From a virus (Duplodnaviria > Caudoviricetes), in the IMG/VR virus record IMGVR_UViG_3300021419_000005, positions 1,380 through 65,379 of that record: a stretch of 64,000 bases of DNA; one strand, written 5' to 3'. How positions within the stretch are numbered: position 1 is the stretch's first letter; each line of letters starts with the position of its first letter. The translations under genes were made by a program, and so were the position numbers. The notes under the pieces are model-generated. The model made no database searches and was not told where the DNA came from. It worked only from the letters and a program-made list of their open reading frames with translations. Positions 46,697 to 56,992 of the stretch are shown here, piece after piece.

Positions 46697-47898
46697 CCTG
46701 CTCTCCGTGCGTCGTCGTCGAGGGAGGGGAGGAGGTCGAGCGTGCTCAGACCTCCGGACTGGCGGGAGCGCCGACGGCTCCGACCGGATGGGTTGGGTGT
46801 CCGGGTGGGCTTGCCGGCTCGCACCCAGGCGCGGGTCATGTCGCTGTTGCGGCGGCGCTGGCGTCCGAGGAGCACCGAGGGGCGCAGGCAGCGCGCCGCG
46901 TGCTGCCTCCAGCCGGCGACGATGTGGTCGTCGTCGGGGCCGTTGAAGGCGAAGTCCAGAACCTCGATGCAATGCTCGGCGCCCAGCTCGCGAACGGCGT
47001 CGGTGATGGTCTCCAGCTCACCGCCTTCGAGCGCTACCGGCGTGCTCACCGCTTCGACGTCCACAGTGAACGCTCGCCACCGCTCCCAGACGTCCAGGGA
47101 CTCGCTGCCGAGCCAGTCCACGCGGCATCGAAGGTCCGGAGCGGGAAGCCCACGACGGGTCCACTCGGCCTCGGGGGCGGAGACCGCGGCGTTGGCCCCG
47201 CGACGGCGTCGCCGGCGGATGGGCGGAGGAGCATCCGGAATCGGTGCTGGGGTCCGCTCAGGCGGAGCCTGGTCCGACACGGGCCCCCCTCGGGGGGGGC
47301 TTTGGGGGGGAACTGCGGAAGGTTCTTTCGGAGGGTTCTCTTCGGAGGGTTCTTTGAGAGGGTTCGTGTCCGATGATGGGACACGCCCTGTCCGACTGTC
47401 GGACACCCCCGTGTCCGATGATGGGACACGCCCTGTCCGACTGTCGGACACCCCCTCCCCTGTCCGATGGTCGGACACCCATGTCCGCCCTTCGGTCGAG
47501 GGTGCACCACCATCGGTCGACCCCGACGCATTGTCGGATGACCCCGCATCACCGTCGGTCGACCCCCACCGTTCTTCGCGGGTGGGTGTCCGTCGCTTCA
47601 CCTTCCTCGCGGCGAAGCACGCCAGCGCCTCGAAGTCGATGCGCAGGTGTGGCGTCCCACCCTTCGGAGTGCCAGCGTCGACCAGCACACCTGCGTCCAT
47701 GAGCGCGGTCCGCTGCCGAATCACCGTGCTTCTGGTGGTGCCTGCGTACCGCGCCAACGTCTTCGGGCCTGGCCACGAGACACCCTGTTCGACCGCCACG
47801 CCGGACGGCATGTGGCGCATGTACCCAAGGAGGATGGCCACCTGAACCGCAGTCGTGTTCGAGTCGAGGATGGCGTCCATGGCTTCGCCGCGGTTCAT
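46693..47898 (-). CDS. Replication initiator (lambda O-like, N-terminal winged HTH)
   Basis: [32 protein letters not shown]; internal iterons; C-terminal LRPSVLL. Confidence 0.8.
   Translation of the reverse strand: MNRGEAMDAILDSNTTAVQVAILLGYMRHMPSGVAVEQGVSWPGPKTLARYAGTTRSTVIRQRTALMDAGVLVDAGTPKGGTPHLRIDFEALACFAARKVKRRTPTREERWGSTDGDAGSSDNASGSTDGGAPSTEGRTWVSDHRTGEGVSDSRTGRVPSSDTGVSDSRTGRVPSSDTNPLKEPSEENPPKEPSAVPPQSPPRGGPVSDQAPPERTPAPIPDAPPPIRRRRRRGANAAVSAPEAEWTRRGLPAPDLRCRVDWLGSESLDVWERWRAFTVDVEAVSTPVALEGGELETITDAVRELGAEHCIEVLDFAFNGPDDDHIVAGWRQHAARCLRPSVLLGRQRRRNSDMTRAWVRAGKPTRTPNPSGRSRRRSRQSGGLSTLDLLPSLDDDARRAG
47366..47477. repeat. Iterons / putative replication origin
   Basis: Perfect 45-bp tandem duplication (47366-47410, 47411-47455); five TGTCCGA-N3-TSGGACA palindromic units. 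Confidence 0.8.
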
Positions 47899-48410
47899 CT
47901 CGCCACGTCCGTCGAGCCGAAGCCCCCCGAGCCACGCTCGGTTGCGTTGAGGGTCACCTTCGGGGCGAGCTCGGCACGAGCGATGGGGGCCACGACAAGC
48001 TGGGCGATGCGGTCGCCAGGCCGGATTGCCACCGGGAGGGTGCCGTGGTTGATGAGGATGACACCGACCACGCCGCGGTAGTCCGCGTCGATGGTGCCGG
48101 GGCTGTTGAGGACCGTGAGCCCCTTCCGGAGGGCCAGACCGGAGCGCGGTCTCACCTGCGCCTCGAGCGAGGGCGGCAGCTGCAGACGCAATCCAGTCGG
48201 CACGAGAAGGCGCTCGCCCGGGAAGAGGCGGAGCGGCTTGTGCGTGTTGTAGGTTGTGACCAGGACCTCGACCTCGTTGACCACCTTCCAAGGGTTGGCC
48301 ACGGTGGGCATCGCCGCCTTGAGGTCCATCCCGGCCGACTGGGCGGTCTCATACTCGGGGAGGCCTTGGCACTCCGGCGTGATGGAGCATGGAACGGTGA
48401 AGACGTACAT
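47895..48410 (-). CDS. dut: dUTPase (trimeric)
   Basis: [29 protein letters not shown] and RGSGGFGST. Confidence 0.96.
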   Translation of the reverse strand: MYVFTVPCSITPECQGLPEYETAQSAGMDLKAAMPTVANPWKVVNEVEVLVTTYNTHKPLRLFPGERLLVPTGLRLQLPPSLEAQVRPRSGLALRKGLTVLNSPGTIDADYRGVVGVILINHGTLPVAIRPGDRIAQLVVAPIARAELAPKVTLNATERGSGGFGSTDVAR

Positions 48411-49063
48411 CAGAGTCTCCTGAGGGCCTGCAGCCCCTTGAGTGTTGGAAGTCGTGCGCGACTCGGGATGACGGTCCCGGCGTCGACGAGGTCCTTGAAG
48501 GCGCGGCGCCAGGTCCGCAGCTCACGGCCGGCCTTGGTCGCGCCCCCAGTCAGCTCCAGGAGCAACGCGTAGGGCACGCCAGTGGGCTCCTGGGCGAGCG
48601 CCTCGACGATGAGGCGGCGGAACCGTTCCCGCTTCGGGGGCTCCGTCACGGTCCGCCCGACAATCCAGCCGTCGTCCACGACGTGCTCGACGTGGCGGAA
48701 CCGTTCCCACCCGCCATCCAGGAAGAGAGCGAGCTCGGCGGGGTCGAGCCGGGGGTTGCCGGCAGGCTGGACATGGCCCTCAAGGGTGAGCTTGCCGAGG
48801 GCGGAGGTCACCTTCTTCGGCGTGTTGACCCGGATGTCCCGCCACGCGCGGTAGTCGGCCGCGGAGGTGAAGGGCTCGTTGTGCCGCGGGGTGAGCTTGT
48901 CGGCGACCTCCTGGGCGGTCATGCCGACCGGCGACCGAGAGAGCACCTCGACCACACGCCACTTGAACGGCGTTTCGGCAGGTAGGGAGGTGGGTGCCGG
49001 AGTCGTCCCTCCGCTCCTCTCTTCAGGACGGTCCGGCACCCGGGAAGCTGCGGCAGCCGTCAT
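48410..49063 (-). CDS. Winged-helix-like hypothetical protein
   Basis: [11 protein letters not shown]; GGAGG RBS; coupled to its neighbours. Confidence 0.6.
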   Translation of the reverse strand: MTAAAASRVPDRPEERSGGTTPAPTSLPAETPFKWRVVEVLSRSPVGMTAQEVADKLTPRHNEPFTSAADYRAWRDIRVNTPKKVTSALGKLTLEGHVQPAGNPRLDPAELALFLDGGWERFRHVEHVVDDGWIVGRTVTEPPKRERFRRLIVEALAQEPTGVPYALLLELTGGATKAGRELRTWRRAFKDLVDAGTVIPSRARLPTLKGLQALRRL

Positions 49064-49395
49064 GCCGCACCTCCGAAGATGCGCAACTGGGGCGGGCCGT
49101 GGGCGCGCCTCCGCTTGCGCTTCGACGCAGTCTTCTGCCGCTCCAACTGCTTCTCGATGGCGATGCGGGCGGGGTGCATCTTCGGGCGGATGACCACCTC
49201 GACGCCCTTGGCATCCACCACGCGGGCCTTGTGACCCTGCGTCCGGAGGCTCGCGGCAATGGTCAGGGCCAGCTCGCGGTCCATCTTGGAGCCGTTGCCG
49301 TAGGCCCACTCGCCCCGCCGGATGCCGGCCAGCTTGCGCTTGGTCCGGCGGCCCTTGCGGTGCCCCGACCAGATGACGAAGACACGATGGCTCAT
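49060..49395 (-). CDS. Basic hypothetical protein
   Basis: ATGA overlaps on both sides. Confidence 0.6.
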   Translation of the reverse strand: MSHRVFVIWSGHRKGRRTKRKLAGIRRGEWAYGNGSKMDRELALTIAASLRTQGHKARVVDAKGVEVVIRPKMHPARIAIEKQLERQKTASKRKRRRAHGPPQLRIFGGAA

Positions 49396-50108
49396 CGGCG
49401 CCCCCGAGCTGCTCGAGCACGGCGTCGGCGGGCGGCGGCCGTGGTCGTGGAGGCCGGGGCGCGCTTCGGGCACTTCAGCGCTTCAGCAGGGATGCGGGCC
49501 CCGTGCTTTCGCAGGAGGAAGCAGCCGGCAGCCGAGATGAGCATCGCTTCGGCCGCATCCAACAGGCGTTTCTGTGCGGCCGTCAGCGAGTCCTCGTGGA
49601 CGGCACCGAAGGCGGCGCCGGCGTGCTCGAAGAAGGCGCGAGCGCCCACGATGAGGTTGGACGCCTCGCGGACCCGGAGTCCCGCGTCTGCCTTCGACTT
49701 CGCCGTAGCGATGCGGCCGAGGTGGGTGTGGGTGGCGCGCACCCACTTGGCCTGGTCGATGTCGTGGACCTCGAGCCCGGAGGCCAGCAAGGCACCTACA
49801 CCGAGGCCCCGCCACTCTCCGAGTCCCCGCCAGGCGTCATGCCCGCGCTTCACGCCGGGGCCCAGCGAGCCATCGCGGAAGGTCTTCGGGACCGCCTCGA
49901 CGAAGGCCGGGAGGTCCCTGCCGGTGATGTCGACCACGTGGGACTGGAGACGGCTCGCCGAGTCCATCGCCCGTTGCCACCAGAGGTGGCGGGGGCCGTG
50001 AATCATGGCGGCGACCACGAGCTCAGGGCGGAGCCCGTCGAGCTTGCAGACAGCCATGCCGGTGGAATTCCCCGGGTCCTGCCCGAGGCATGCGAGGACG
50101 TCGCTCAT
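49392..50108 (-). CDS. RuvC-like Holliday junction resolvase
   Basis: LGQDPGNSTGMAV, AFVE and DAAEAMLI. Confidence 0.7.
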   Translation of the reverse strand: MSDVLACLGQDPGNSTGMAVCKLDGLRPELVVAAMIHGPRHLWWQRAMDSASRLQSHVVDITGRDLPAFVEAVPKTFRDGSLGPGVKRGHDAWRGLGEWRGLGVGALLASGLEVHDIDQAKWVRATHTHLGRIATAKSKADAGLRVREASNLIVGARAFFEHAGAAFGAVHEDSLTAAQKRLLDAAEAMLISAAGCFLLRKHGARIPAEALKCPKRAPASTTTAAARRRRARAARGRR

Positions 50109-50650
50109 GCCGCCTCCGGAACTTCGTCACCCCAGGCATCCCAACCGGGGCGGCGAGAGCGGGCGAACATCTCGAGGTAGGGGCCTTCGCTCCGACGCTC
50201 GACCATCTCAAAGGCCGTGAGGGGCTTCTGGCTGTGTCGGCCTCGGGGGGCCTCGATGACCGAGGCGATGTTCTTCGCCGCGGTACGGACCCGCGTGCCC
50301 TTGCCCCGGGTGGCCAACAGCAGGTGCTCGTGCCTCATCCGGAAGTACTGGCCCAGACCGGCGTGGGGCTTCACCCAGACGGCATTGGTGACGTACCGGA
50401 AGCCAAGCGACTCGATGAGCCACAGAGCGCCAGGCAGGTGGTTGGCCGTGGCCCACATGAAGAGGATGCAGTCGTCGGCGGGCCGCCAGACCGGGGCGCG
50501 CAGGATGACCCGCGGCATGTCTCGCGTGTGGAGCAGCTGGTAGTGCCGGTCGGCACCCCGCTTGCTCTTCCCGCCACCCCGCTCCATCCACGGGGGGTCG
50601 ATGACGATGGTGCGGTACCGGGTATCGGCACCTACAGTGTCGGTGGTCAT
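50105..50650 (-). CDS. MT-A70 family adenine methyltransferase
   Basis: IVIDPPW, LFMWAT, WVK, GLGQYFR, HSQKP, LEMFAR and GWDAWGDE. Confidence 0.93.
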   Translation of the reverse strand: MTTDTVGADTRYRTIVIDPPWMERGGGKSKRGADRHYQLLHTRDMPRVILRAPVWRPADDCILFMWATANHLPGALWLIESLGFRYVTNAVWVKPHAGLGQYFRMRHEHLLLATRGKGTRVRTAAKNIASVIEAPRGRHSQKPLTAFEMVERRSEGPYLEMFARSRRPGWDAWGDEVPEAA

Positions 50651-50799
50651 CGTTCTGCCGTTGTCTTGGGACAAAGAGAAGCCGTGCCCACACACCACGA
50701 AGTGGAGGGGCTTGGGTGGTGTGGTGTGTGGACACGGCTGGGAGAAGCGCTCCGCCCCTCGGACCGTCCGCAGTGACGCGGGGGCCGGAGCGTGGAGGA

Positions 50800-51606
50800 C
50801 TACGAGGCGACCAGGCAGACGTTGGGACGGCCGCCCAGGGCAGCGAGCAGGGACGCGATGGACACGGTGGCGTGGCCCTCGGTGGCTAGGCGCCAGAGGT
50901 CGGCTTCGAGCTCGGCGAGCGTGAGGTCCTCGGGCACGGGGACGACGTCGGCGCCCGTTGGGACGGCCAGGTCATCGACCGCCGAGGCAGCAGGCTCCGG
51001 GGCGACAACTTCCGGCGCGGGAACAGGCTGCACCGCGGGGAGCGGCAGCTCGGGCGTCTCGGCGCTCCGGAACCACTTCACCAGCTGCGTCGTCGTCACC
51101 CGCCGGGCACCCTCGTCGAGGGGAGGCGAACCGCCGGCCTCGAGCACCCGGGCGCGGTGGGTAGCAGCCAGTCGGCCGTACCCCATGCCCGTGTTGGTCG
51201 AGATGCAGGGCTCACCCTTCCGGGCGTGGCACTTCGGGCACTCCACTTCCTGGATGGCCGTGGAGATGTTCGACCAGGTGCCCTCGGTGTCGATGTGGTA
51301 CCGGTCGGTCTTGAAGCCCAGCACCACGTTGTCGAAGACGACGGGCTCGTGGGTGGTGTGGACCCGGCCGTCCCAGCCCTCGGGAGGGGGCGAGAGGTCG
51401 AGGGTATCGACCACCCAGAGCACCGCGGAGTCGAGGTCGACCAAGTTGAGGCAAGCCTTCGGGGTCGAGTCGTCGGTGCGGCGGACGGTGGCCTCCCAGA
51501 AGGGGCCCCGGGCCGCACGCGTGATCTGGAAGGACTTGGCGCCCCAGCGGCCCACATGGGTGGTGCTGCTTGAGCGGAAGCACAGGTTGAAGAGCCAGTG
51601 GGTCAC
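50800..51606 (-). CDS. Hypothetical protein with zinc-finger motif
   Basis: VECPKCHARKGEPC...HRAR; GGAGG RBS. Confidence 0.65.
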   Translation of the reverse strand: MTHWLFNLCFRSSSTTHVGRWGAKSFQITRAARGPFWEATVRRTDDSTPKACLNLVDLDSAVLWVVDTLDLSPPPEGWDGRVHTTHEPVVFDNVVLGFKTDRYHIDTEGTWSNISTAIQEVECPKCHARKGEPCISTNTGMGYGRLAATHRARVLEAGGSPPLDEGARRVTTTQLVKWFRSAETPELPLPAVQPVPAPEVVAPEPAASAVDDLAVPTGADVVPVPEDLTLAELEADLWRLATEGHATVSIASLLAALGGRPNVCLVAS

Positions 51607-51732
51607 GCGGCCTCCCCGACCGGGATGGGTAGCGGATTCCCGCAGGTGGCAACCACGAGATCACTGGGGGTAGAGACACCACCACTGCAAACAGGGGCGG
51701 AAGCATCGCCCCTGGCAGTGGTGGAGAGTAGA

Positions 51733-52284
51733 ATGAAGCACAACATCAGGAATCTTGAGCCAGAGAGGCGTCTGAGCCGGTTCGACCTCGAACACGTCAA
51801 GGCCCACGAGTGGATCACGTGGCGCGGTTGGGCAACGCGAGGCGACGTGGAAGAACGCCTACAACGATGGGCCGAGGAGCAGACCAAAGACCTGCCCGTG
51901 ACAGCATTTTCGCGAGCCCTGTTGACGGATGTGCTCGTCGACGAATGGCTTCCAGAAGATGGGCTCTTCGGCGTCTTCACCCCGACCACATCCGAAGCAG
52001 CATCAGCGCTACTTGGTCCAATGTGGGACCTCACGCTTTCCGAGGACCGCACCGATGTTCGAGACGGGTACGGCCAGACTGTGGTGACGCTTCGGCCAAC
52101 GGAACGCGGAACGAATCCGGAGAGATTCCAGTCTCCACCCAAAACGCTCATCGGGCCGCCAGGGGTGCCGCTGGAGCTGTGCATTGCCGATATCGTCCGA
52201 CACGGCTCGAGGATTGGTGGGCCAACCGGCAAGTGGCTCGCAGTGGTCAGCATCGCCGTTCGTCCTCATCAGGCCGAGAAATAG
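51733..52284 (+). CDS. Hypothetical protein (moron, antisense to the operon)
   Basis: GGAGAG RBS before ATG 51733; atypical codon usage. Confidence 0.55.
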   Translation: MKHNIRNLEPERRLSRFDLEHVKAHEWITWRGWATRGDVEERLQRWAEEQTKDLPVTAFSRALLTDVLVDEWLPEDGLFGVFTPTTSEAASALLGPMWDLTLSEDRTDVRDGYGQTVVTLRPTERGTNPERFQSPPKTLIGPPGVPLELCIADIVRHGSRIGGPTGKWLAVVSIAVRPHQAEK

Positions 52285-52528
52285 GACCAAAGGTGCGCGA
52301 TGCCTCCGCGACGGGTTGTGGTGGCTTCGCACGCGCCACAGCCAGCCAGTCTGCCGCCGACTTTCGCTTCGCAGGAAGCGTGCCGTTCAGGCTCTCTACG
52401 GCCTCGCCATGAAGCGCCCGCAGGAGAGGGAGAACCGACACACTGGGGGAGCCGGACTCTGCGATGCGTTGGGCCTCGTCTTGGAGCCAGTAGAGGACCG
52501 CGATGGCGTCTGGTCGTTCGGTGCTCAC
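52247..52528 (-). CDS. Hypothetical protein downstream of the cro-like gene
   Basis: GTGA overlap; GGAGG RBS. Confidence 0.5.
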   Translation of the reverse strand: MSTERPDAIAVLYWLQDEAQRIAESGSPSVSVLPLLRALHGEAVESLNGTLPAKRKSAADWLAVARAKPPQPVAEASRTFGPISRPDEDERRC

Positions 52529-52797
52529 GCCGCCTCCACAACTTCAGTGCAAGACTCCTGAGTGGGAGCCGGTAGAGGCGCGGCGTCTGCACCCAGCACC
52601 AACTCGCCAGCAACGGCTTCAGGGGGGCGGCCGAGTGGAACCGCCAACGCCACAGCCACACGGCCAAGGGCTGCTCGACTGAACGATGAAATCCCACGCT
52701 CGACATCAGAAATGGTGGTCTGGGAGAGGCTGGCTGCTGCTGCCAGCTGTTCCTGGGTCAGGCCCGACTGCTGCCTCAGGCGTCGGAGAGTCGACAT
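52525..52797 (-). CDS. Cro-like XRE-family HTH regulator
   Basis: LRRLRQQSGLTQEQLAAAASLSQTTISDVERG; AGGAG RBS; heads the replication operon. Confidence 0.85.
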   Translation of the reverse strand: MSTLRRLRQQSGLTQEQLAAAASLSQTTISDVERGISSFSRAALGRVAVALAVPLGRPPEAVAGELVLGADAAPLPAPTQESCTEVVEAA

Positions 52798-52872
52798 GAA
52801 TGCTCCTACCGTTGCCACCGATATAGCTGACAACGGTATCCGGGCGCAACCCCTTCTCGGTAATCTCCGTCC
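52798..52872. promoter_or_regulatory. Divergent promoter/operator region (genetic switch)
   Basis: TACCGTTG (52807-14) and CAACGGTA (52831-38) inverted repeat enclosing CACCGATAT. Confidence 0.65.
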
Positions 52873-53214
52873 ATGAGTTCACCGTTCCACGAAGAATTCC
52901 GGGCGCTCCGGAAGTCCCGACGCGTCACCCAGGTCCAGCTCGCCGAGCAATCTGGCGTGGCCCAGAGCACCATCTCCGATCTGGAGAGAGGGAAGGACGG
53001 GGCAACACTCCGAACTCTGAACAGCCTGCTCGAGGCGCTTGAGGGGCACCTCGAGGTGCGGGGTGACGAGGACAAGGGACTGGGAATCGATGCCCTTCCC
53101 CCTCGCATTGCAAGCATCGTCACGCGCTTGGTTCAGGCCCACCCCCATCTGAGCGACGACACCTTGTACCTCCTGGAGGCGATGTTGAAGCGGGCAGAGA
53201 GGCAGCAGCAGTAG
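52873..53214 (+). CDS. CI-like XRE-family repressor (no S24 peptidase domain)
   Basis: FRALRKSRRVTQVQLAEQSGVAQSTISDLERG; divergent from the cro-like gene. Confidence 0.85.
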   Translation: MSSPFHEEFRALRKSRRVTQVQLAEQSGVAQSTISDLERGKDGATLRTLNSLLEALEGHLEVRGDEDKGLGIDALPPRIASIVTRLVQAHPHLSDDTLYLLEAMLKRAERQQQ

Positions 53215-53367
53215 GCCACTTCTCGCCTCCGAAGATGCGGAGCACCACCGCCAGCGCGAGCAGAGTCCATCGCGAGCGACGAACAAGATCTACGCAGCAG
53301 TAGGCGAGGATTTCGTCGTGCTCGTTCATTTCGAAGTCCAGGTCTGCTCTGGGGTGATCTTTCTTGA

Positions 53368-53425
53368 ATATCGGTGTGGACGATATTGGTGGGTGGCGGT
53401 AGTCTACCGGTGACACCGATATCGG
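53368..53425. promoter_or_regulatory. Second operator cluster ahead of the rightward early operon
   Basis: ATATCGGTG (53368), ATATTGGTG (53383) and CACCGATAT (53414): the same motif as at 52816. Confidence 0.6.
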
Positions 53426-53435
53426 AGCCGCCACA

Positions 53436-54194
53436 GTGGTCTCATCCCCCCTCGAAATCGCCGCGACCTCTCGGGGACGCACTGAACATACAGGCGTTTC
53501 CGGGTGCGTGGGCGACAACTCCGGACAGTTTTCGTCCAGAGAGCCGGACGCGATTGACACGTCCAGCGATGAAATTGGCTGTATCCGGGAGCCTCAGGGC
53601 CTCTCCGCAGGTGTCCGTTCTGTCGATGGCCAGGACAGGAAATCTGCGCCCCGTCACGAGATCAAGCGGAACCGCCACACCCCAGGCCTGGACTGGGCCG
53701 AGGCCCGCCGGCAGAACCGCGAGTACCTCGCCCGCGAAGAGGCGCTCGTCGCCGCAAACTGCCTGAGCATCGTCAAGATGTGCCGTGAGCAGGACTCTCG
53801 ACGGCACTCCTCCAAGCCCCTGACCGAGGCCCAGCGCGAGCAGCTCGGCGCCGCCCAGTGGCACGAGGGCGCGGCCTACCGGCTGCGTCGCCAGGGTCGG
53901 TCCGCCGAGGCCGACGAGCACACCGCCAAGGCGTTGGCGCTCAGGGCAGGTGTGGATGTGGCCGAGCGCCTGGGCTGCACGCCTGAGCAGTGGGCGGCCC
54001 GTGTGCTGGCTGAGGCAGCCGAAGCGCCTGCGGCGGGTGGCAGCCCGGAAGAGGCCATCGAGTCCCACATCTACGAGCGTTGGGCTGAGGCTGGCTTCTT
54101 CGCCTGCCTGGCGGAAGCCGTCGCCAACGCAACCCAAGGCGCGGTCGTGCTCGTGCGCGAAGTCGAGCCCCAACTTGACCCGAAGCCCTTCTGA
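53436..54194 (+). CDS. Hypothetical protein (true start probably further downstream)
   Basis: Strong GC3 bias from about 53650 onward. Confidence 0.55.
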   Translation: MVSSPLEIAATSRGRTEHTGVSGCVGDNSGQFSSREPDAIDTSSDEIGCIREPQGLSAGVRSVDGQDRKSAPRHEIKRNRHTPGLDWAEARRQNREYLAREEALVAANCLSIVKMCREQDSRRHSSKPLTEAQREQLGAAQWHEGAAYRLRRQGRSAEADEHTAKALALRAGVDVAERLGCTPEQWAARVLAEAAEAPAAGGSPEEAIESHIYERWAEAGFFACLAEAVANATQGAVVLVREVEPQLDPKPF

Positions 54195-54252
54195 GGGCGC
54201 CCCCACCTACGACCCCGGAAAGGCGCGAAGCCGCGGGGCGAGGAGCAACACG

Positions 54253-55209
54253 ATGGTAGCCAGCTGGAAGACCCGTACCCGCAAGGCCGAGAAGAAGAAC
54301 CTGAAGGGCCGCGTGGCCATCTATGGGCCGAGCGGCTCTGGGAAGACCTACACCGCCCTTCGGTTGGCCACCGGAATGTGCCAGGAACAGCCCTTCGACG
54401 GCCGCATCCTCTTCATCGACACCGAGTTCCGGTCCTCCGAGCTCTACTCCGACACCTTCGACTTCGACATCCTCGAGATGAACCCCGGTGGCGACTTCCC
54501 TCCGACCATCGAGAACGTCTCCAAGGTTCTCGCCGAGGCACCGGCCGAGGGGTACTCCCAGATCATCATCGACAGCATCTCCCACACCTGGAAGGAGCTG
54601 CTGGCCGAGATTGACAAGCTCGCCAACACGCAGCGGTACCGTGGCAACTCCCACCGCGCTTGGGCCGTCGGCACCCCGAAGCAGGAGTCGTTCATTCGGG
54701 CCCTCAAGCTGTGCGACGCGGACGTCATCGTCTGCATGCGCTCGGCCACCGAGTGGGACATCCAGAAGAACGACAGGGGCAAGACCGAAGTGGTCCGGGT
54801 CGGCACCAAGCCCGTGCAGGGCAAGGGGCTGGAGTACGAGTTCGACATGCTGCTCGGAGTCAACACCGAGCACTGGGTGACGGTCGAGAAGGACCGCACC
54901 GGCAAGTTCCAAGACCAGTGCTACGAGAAGCCGGGCGAGGAGTGGGGCCGCGACATCTGGCGGTGGCTCAACAGCGGCCGGGCCGACGTCGTCGACGGCC
55001 AGTGGGACGCCGAGAAAGACAAGCTTGAGCAGTCCCTCGGCGACCTGGGCATCACCCTCGCCGACGCTGACGCGTGGCACCGGAAGTCCTTCGGCAAAGG
55101 CCTCGCCTACACCAACCGCCAGGGCCGTGTGGCTGCGTTCCGCAAGCTCCGCGAGAACCCCGACCTCGCCAAGGACTTCATCCAGAACAACGGGCAGGGC
55201 GAAGAGTGA
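54253..55209 (+). CDS. AAA_24/Sak4-like recombination ATPase
   Basis: GPSGSGKTYTAL, IDTE, IIIDSISHTW and GLEYEFD; AGGAG RBS. Confidence 0.88.
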   Translation: MVASWKTRTRKAEKKNLKGRVAIYGPSGSGKTYTALRLATGMCQEQPFDGRILFIDTEFRSSELYSDTFDFDILEMNPGGDFPPTIENVSKVLAEAPAEGYSQIIIDSISHTWKELLAEIDKLANTQRYRGNSHRAWAVGTPKQESFIRALKLCDADVIVCMRSATEWDIQKNDRGKTEVVRVGTKPVQGKGLEYEFDMLLGVNTEHWVTVEKDRTGKFQDQCYEKPGEEWGRDIWRWLNSGRADVVDGQWDAEKDKLEQSLGDLGITLADADAWHRKSFGKGLAYTNRQGRVAAFRKLRENPDLAKDFIQNNGQGEE

Positions 55210-55895
55210 CCTCCTACGAGCGCTGGCGTGAGGACGTGGCCGACCTCGCGCTCGACAGCGCGCCGCTGGCCATCTTCGACACCGAGACCACCGGCTTCCA
55301 CTTCTACGGTGCATCCCGGGACCGGGTGATTTCGCTGTGCGTGCTGCACGCAAGCATCGCAGACGATGAGCCCGTGGTGGCCTTCAACGAGTACATCCAC
55401 CCTGGCAGGACCATCCCCGAGTCCTCGACCCGCATCCACGGCATCAGCACCAAGCAGATGGATGTGGCCCTCGAGCTGGGCCAGGCGTTCCCTTTCCGGT
55501 TCGTTGCTGGCGATGTCCTTGCCGCCTTCAAGGGTCGCATCCAGATTGCTCACAACCTCGACTTCGACGCCAAGGCCCTCCGGAACGAGTTCCGCAAGCC
55601 CAAGCCAGGCCCCGGCTGGGTCCCCCGGGGCGTTTGCACGGTCGCACTGAGCTGGGCCGCCTGGCCCCACGCGGAGAACCACAAGCTGGGGACGCTCTGC
55701 GAGCTCATCGGCTTCGAGCTCGACAATGCGCACGAGGCACAGGCCGACTCTGTCGCTTGCTTCCGGGTGCTCCGCGCAGCAGTCGCCGAGCTCCGACTCA
55801 AGGGGGCGCTGGAGACCGTGGGCGACCTCATCGCGGCCCAGGAACAGGGCGCTGCCATCCGCCGGCGTGACCGGCAGTTCCATGGGGGGCGCTGA
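55206..55895 (+). CDS. DEDDh 3'-5' exonuclease (DnaQ-like)
   Basis: FDTETTG, IHGI, AHNLDFD and AHEAQAD. Confidence 0.92.
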   Translation: MTSYERWREDVADLALDSAPLAIFDTETTGFHFYGASRDRVISLCVLHASIADDEPVVAFNEYIHPGRTIPESSTRIHGISTKQMDVALELGQAFPFRFVAGDVLAAFKGRIQIAHNLDFDAKALRNEFRKPKPGPGWVPRGVCTVALSWAAWPHAENHKLGTLCELIGFELDNAHEAQADSVACFRVLRAAVAELRLKGALETVGDLIAAQEQGAAIRRRDRQFHGGR

Positions 55896-56431
55896 TGATT
55901 CCGGTCCACAGGCACGCATTCGAGTTCCTCCGGCGCGTCCACCAGCATCCTGGTCTCTGCTCGCATGAACTCGGCCTCCAAGCTTCGGCGCGAACATTCC
56001 GCCGGTACACACACCGCCTTCAAGATGTTGGACTACTCCAGCGGGTCGGCCCCTCCGCCGGCCACCCGGTCATCAGTGAGTTGGGTGGCCGCGTAGTCGT
56101 CGCCCGTCAAGCTGGGATGCCCCTCCTTCCAAGCGGTCTCCAACGGGGGATGGGTGTTCCACAGTGGGAGGTCATCGCGGCAGTCGCGCTCGACCCAGAG
56201 CACCCGGTGGGCAGGCACCCTCGCCTCTTCGCGACAGGGAGTGGCCACTACCAGCGGGCAGCCCGCATCGCCCAAGCTCACGGCTTTCTCGAGGTGTACT
56301 ACCGCCCGTGGCGTAGGCACCGTCGCACCCTCTTCGCCCGCACAACAACGCTCGGGCGGGACTGGATTGCGTGGTGGCGGTCAGAGCACTCGCGGACCTG
56401 CTTCGACACCGGACTGGCTGCACTCAAGTAG
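55895..56431 (+). CDS. Hypothetical protein, possible tandem winged helix
   Basis: TGATG overlap. Confidence 0.55.
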   Translation: MIPVHRHAFEFLRRVHQHPGLCSHELGLQASARTFRRYTHRLQDVGLLQRVGPSAGHPVISELGGRVVVARQAGMPLLPSGLQRGMGVPQWEVIAAVALDPEHPVGRHPRLFATGSGHYQRAARIAQAHGFLEVYYRPWRRHRRTLFARTTTLGRDWIAWWRSEHSRTCFDTGLAALK

Positions 56432-56479
56432 CCAACACATCTACCGGACGCTGCCCCCGGTTCCATTGGGTAGCAACAC

Positions 56480-56674
56480 ATGGAGGATGCCGTGGACTGG
56501 CTCCTGGAACGTATTGCCGAAGTGGTGTTCGAGTCCTTCACCATGATGGTGTGGATTGTGGGCCTGCTCGGACTGTGGCGTTGGCAAAGTGGCCGCCCCC
56601 TGAGCGTGCTGTTGAAGCACCTGGTCAAAGTGCTGGTTCCGGCCGGCCCCCCTTGCCTCCAGCCTGCGAACTGA
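56480..56674 (+). CDS. Small membrane hypothetical protein
   Basis: One hydrophobic segment. Confidence 0.4.
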   Translation: MEDAVDWLLERIAEVVFESFTMMVWIVGLLGLWRWQSGRPLSVLLKHLVKVLVPAGPPCLQPAN

Positions 56675-56683
56675 GGGGGGACG

Positions 56684-56992
56684 GTGGAACTCACGATTCA
56701 CGACGCGGCGGAAGCCCTCGCCCAGGTGGAGCAGACCGCCGACGACGCCATGCGGTACTTCGACGAAGCAGCCGGGCTCAGGGCCGAGAACGCTCAGCTG
56801 CGCGCCGAAAACAGGGCTCTCCGCGACGCTGGGTGCCCTGTGCTCGAGGAGTACGAGCGCTGCGACACCCGCGGTGTGCCGTCCCGCCTCGCAACCCTCA
56901 TTCGCGCGATGGACCGGGTGTTCATCGGGCCCGCTGCCGAGCTCCTCAGCGAGGCCACCACGCTTGGGGCGATTGAGGTGGTCCATGGCTGA
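56684..56992 (+). CDS. Coiled-coil hypothetical protein
   Basis: GAGGGGG RBS; LRAEN repeats. Confidence 0.6.
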   Translation: MELTIHDAAEALAQVEQTADDAMRYFDEAAGLRAENAQLRAENRALRDAGCPVLEEYERCDTRGVPSRLATLIRAMDRVFIGPAAELLSEATTLGAIEVVHG

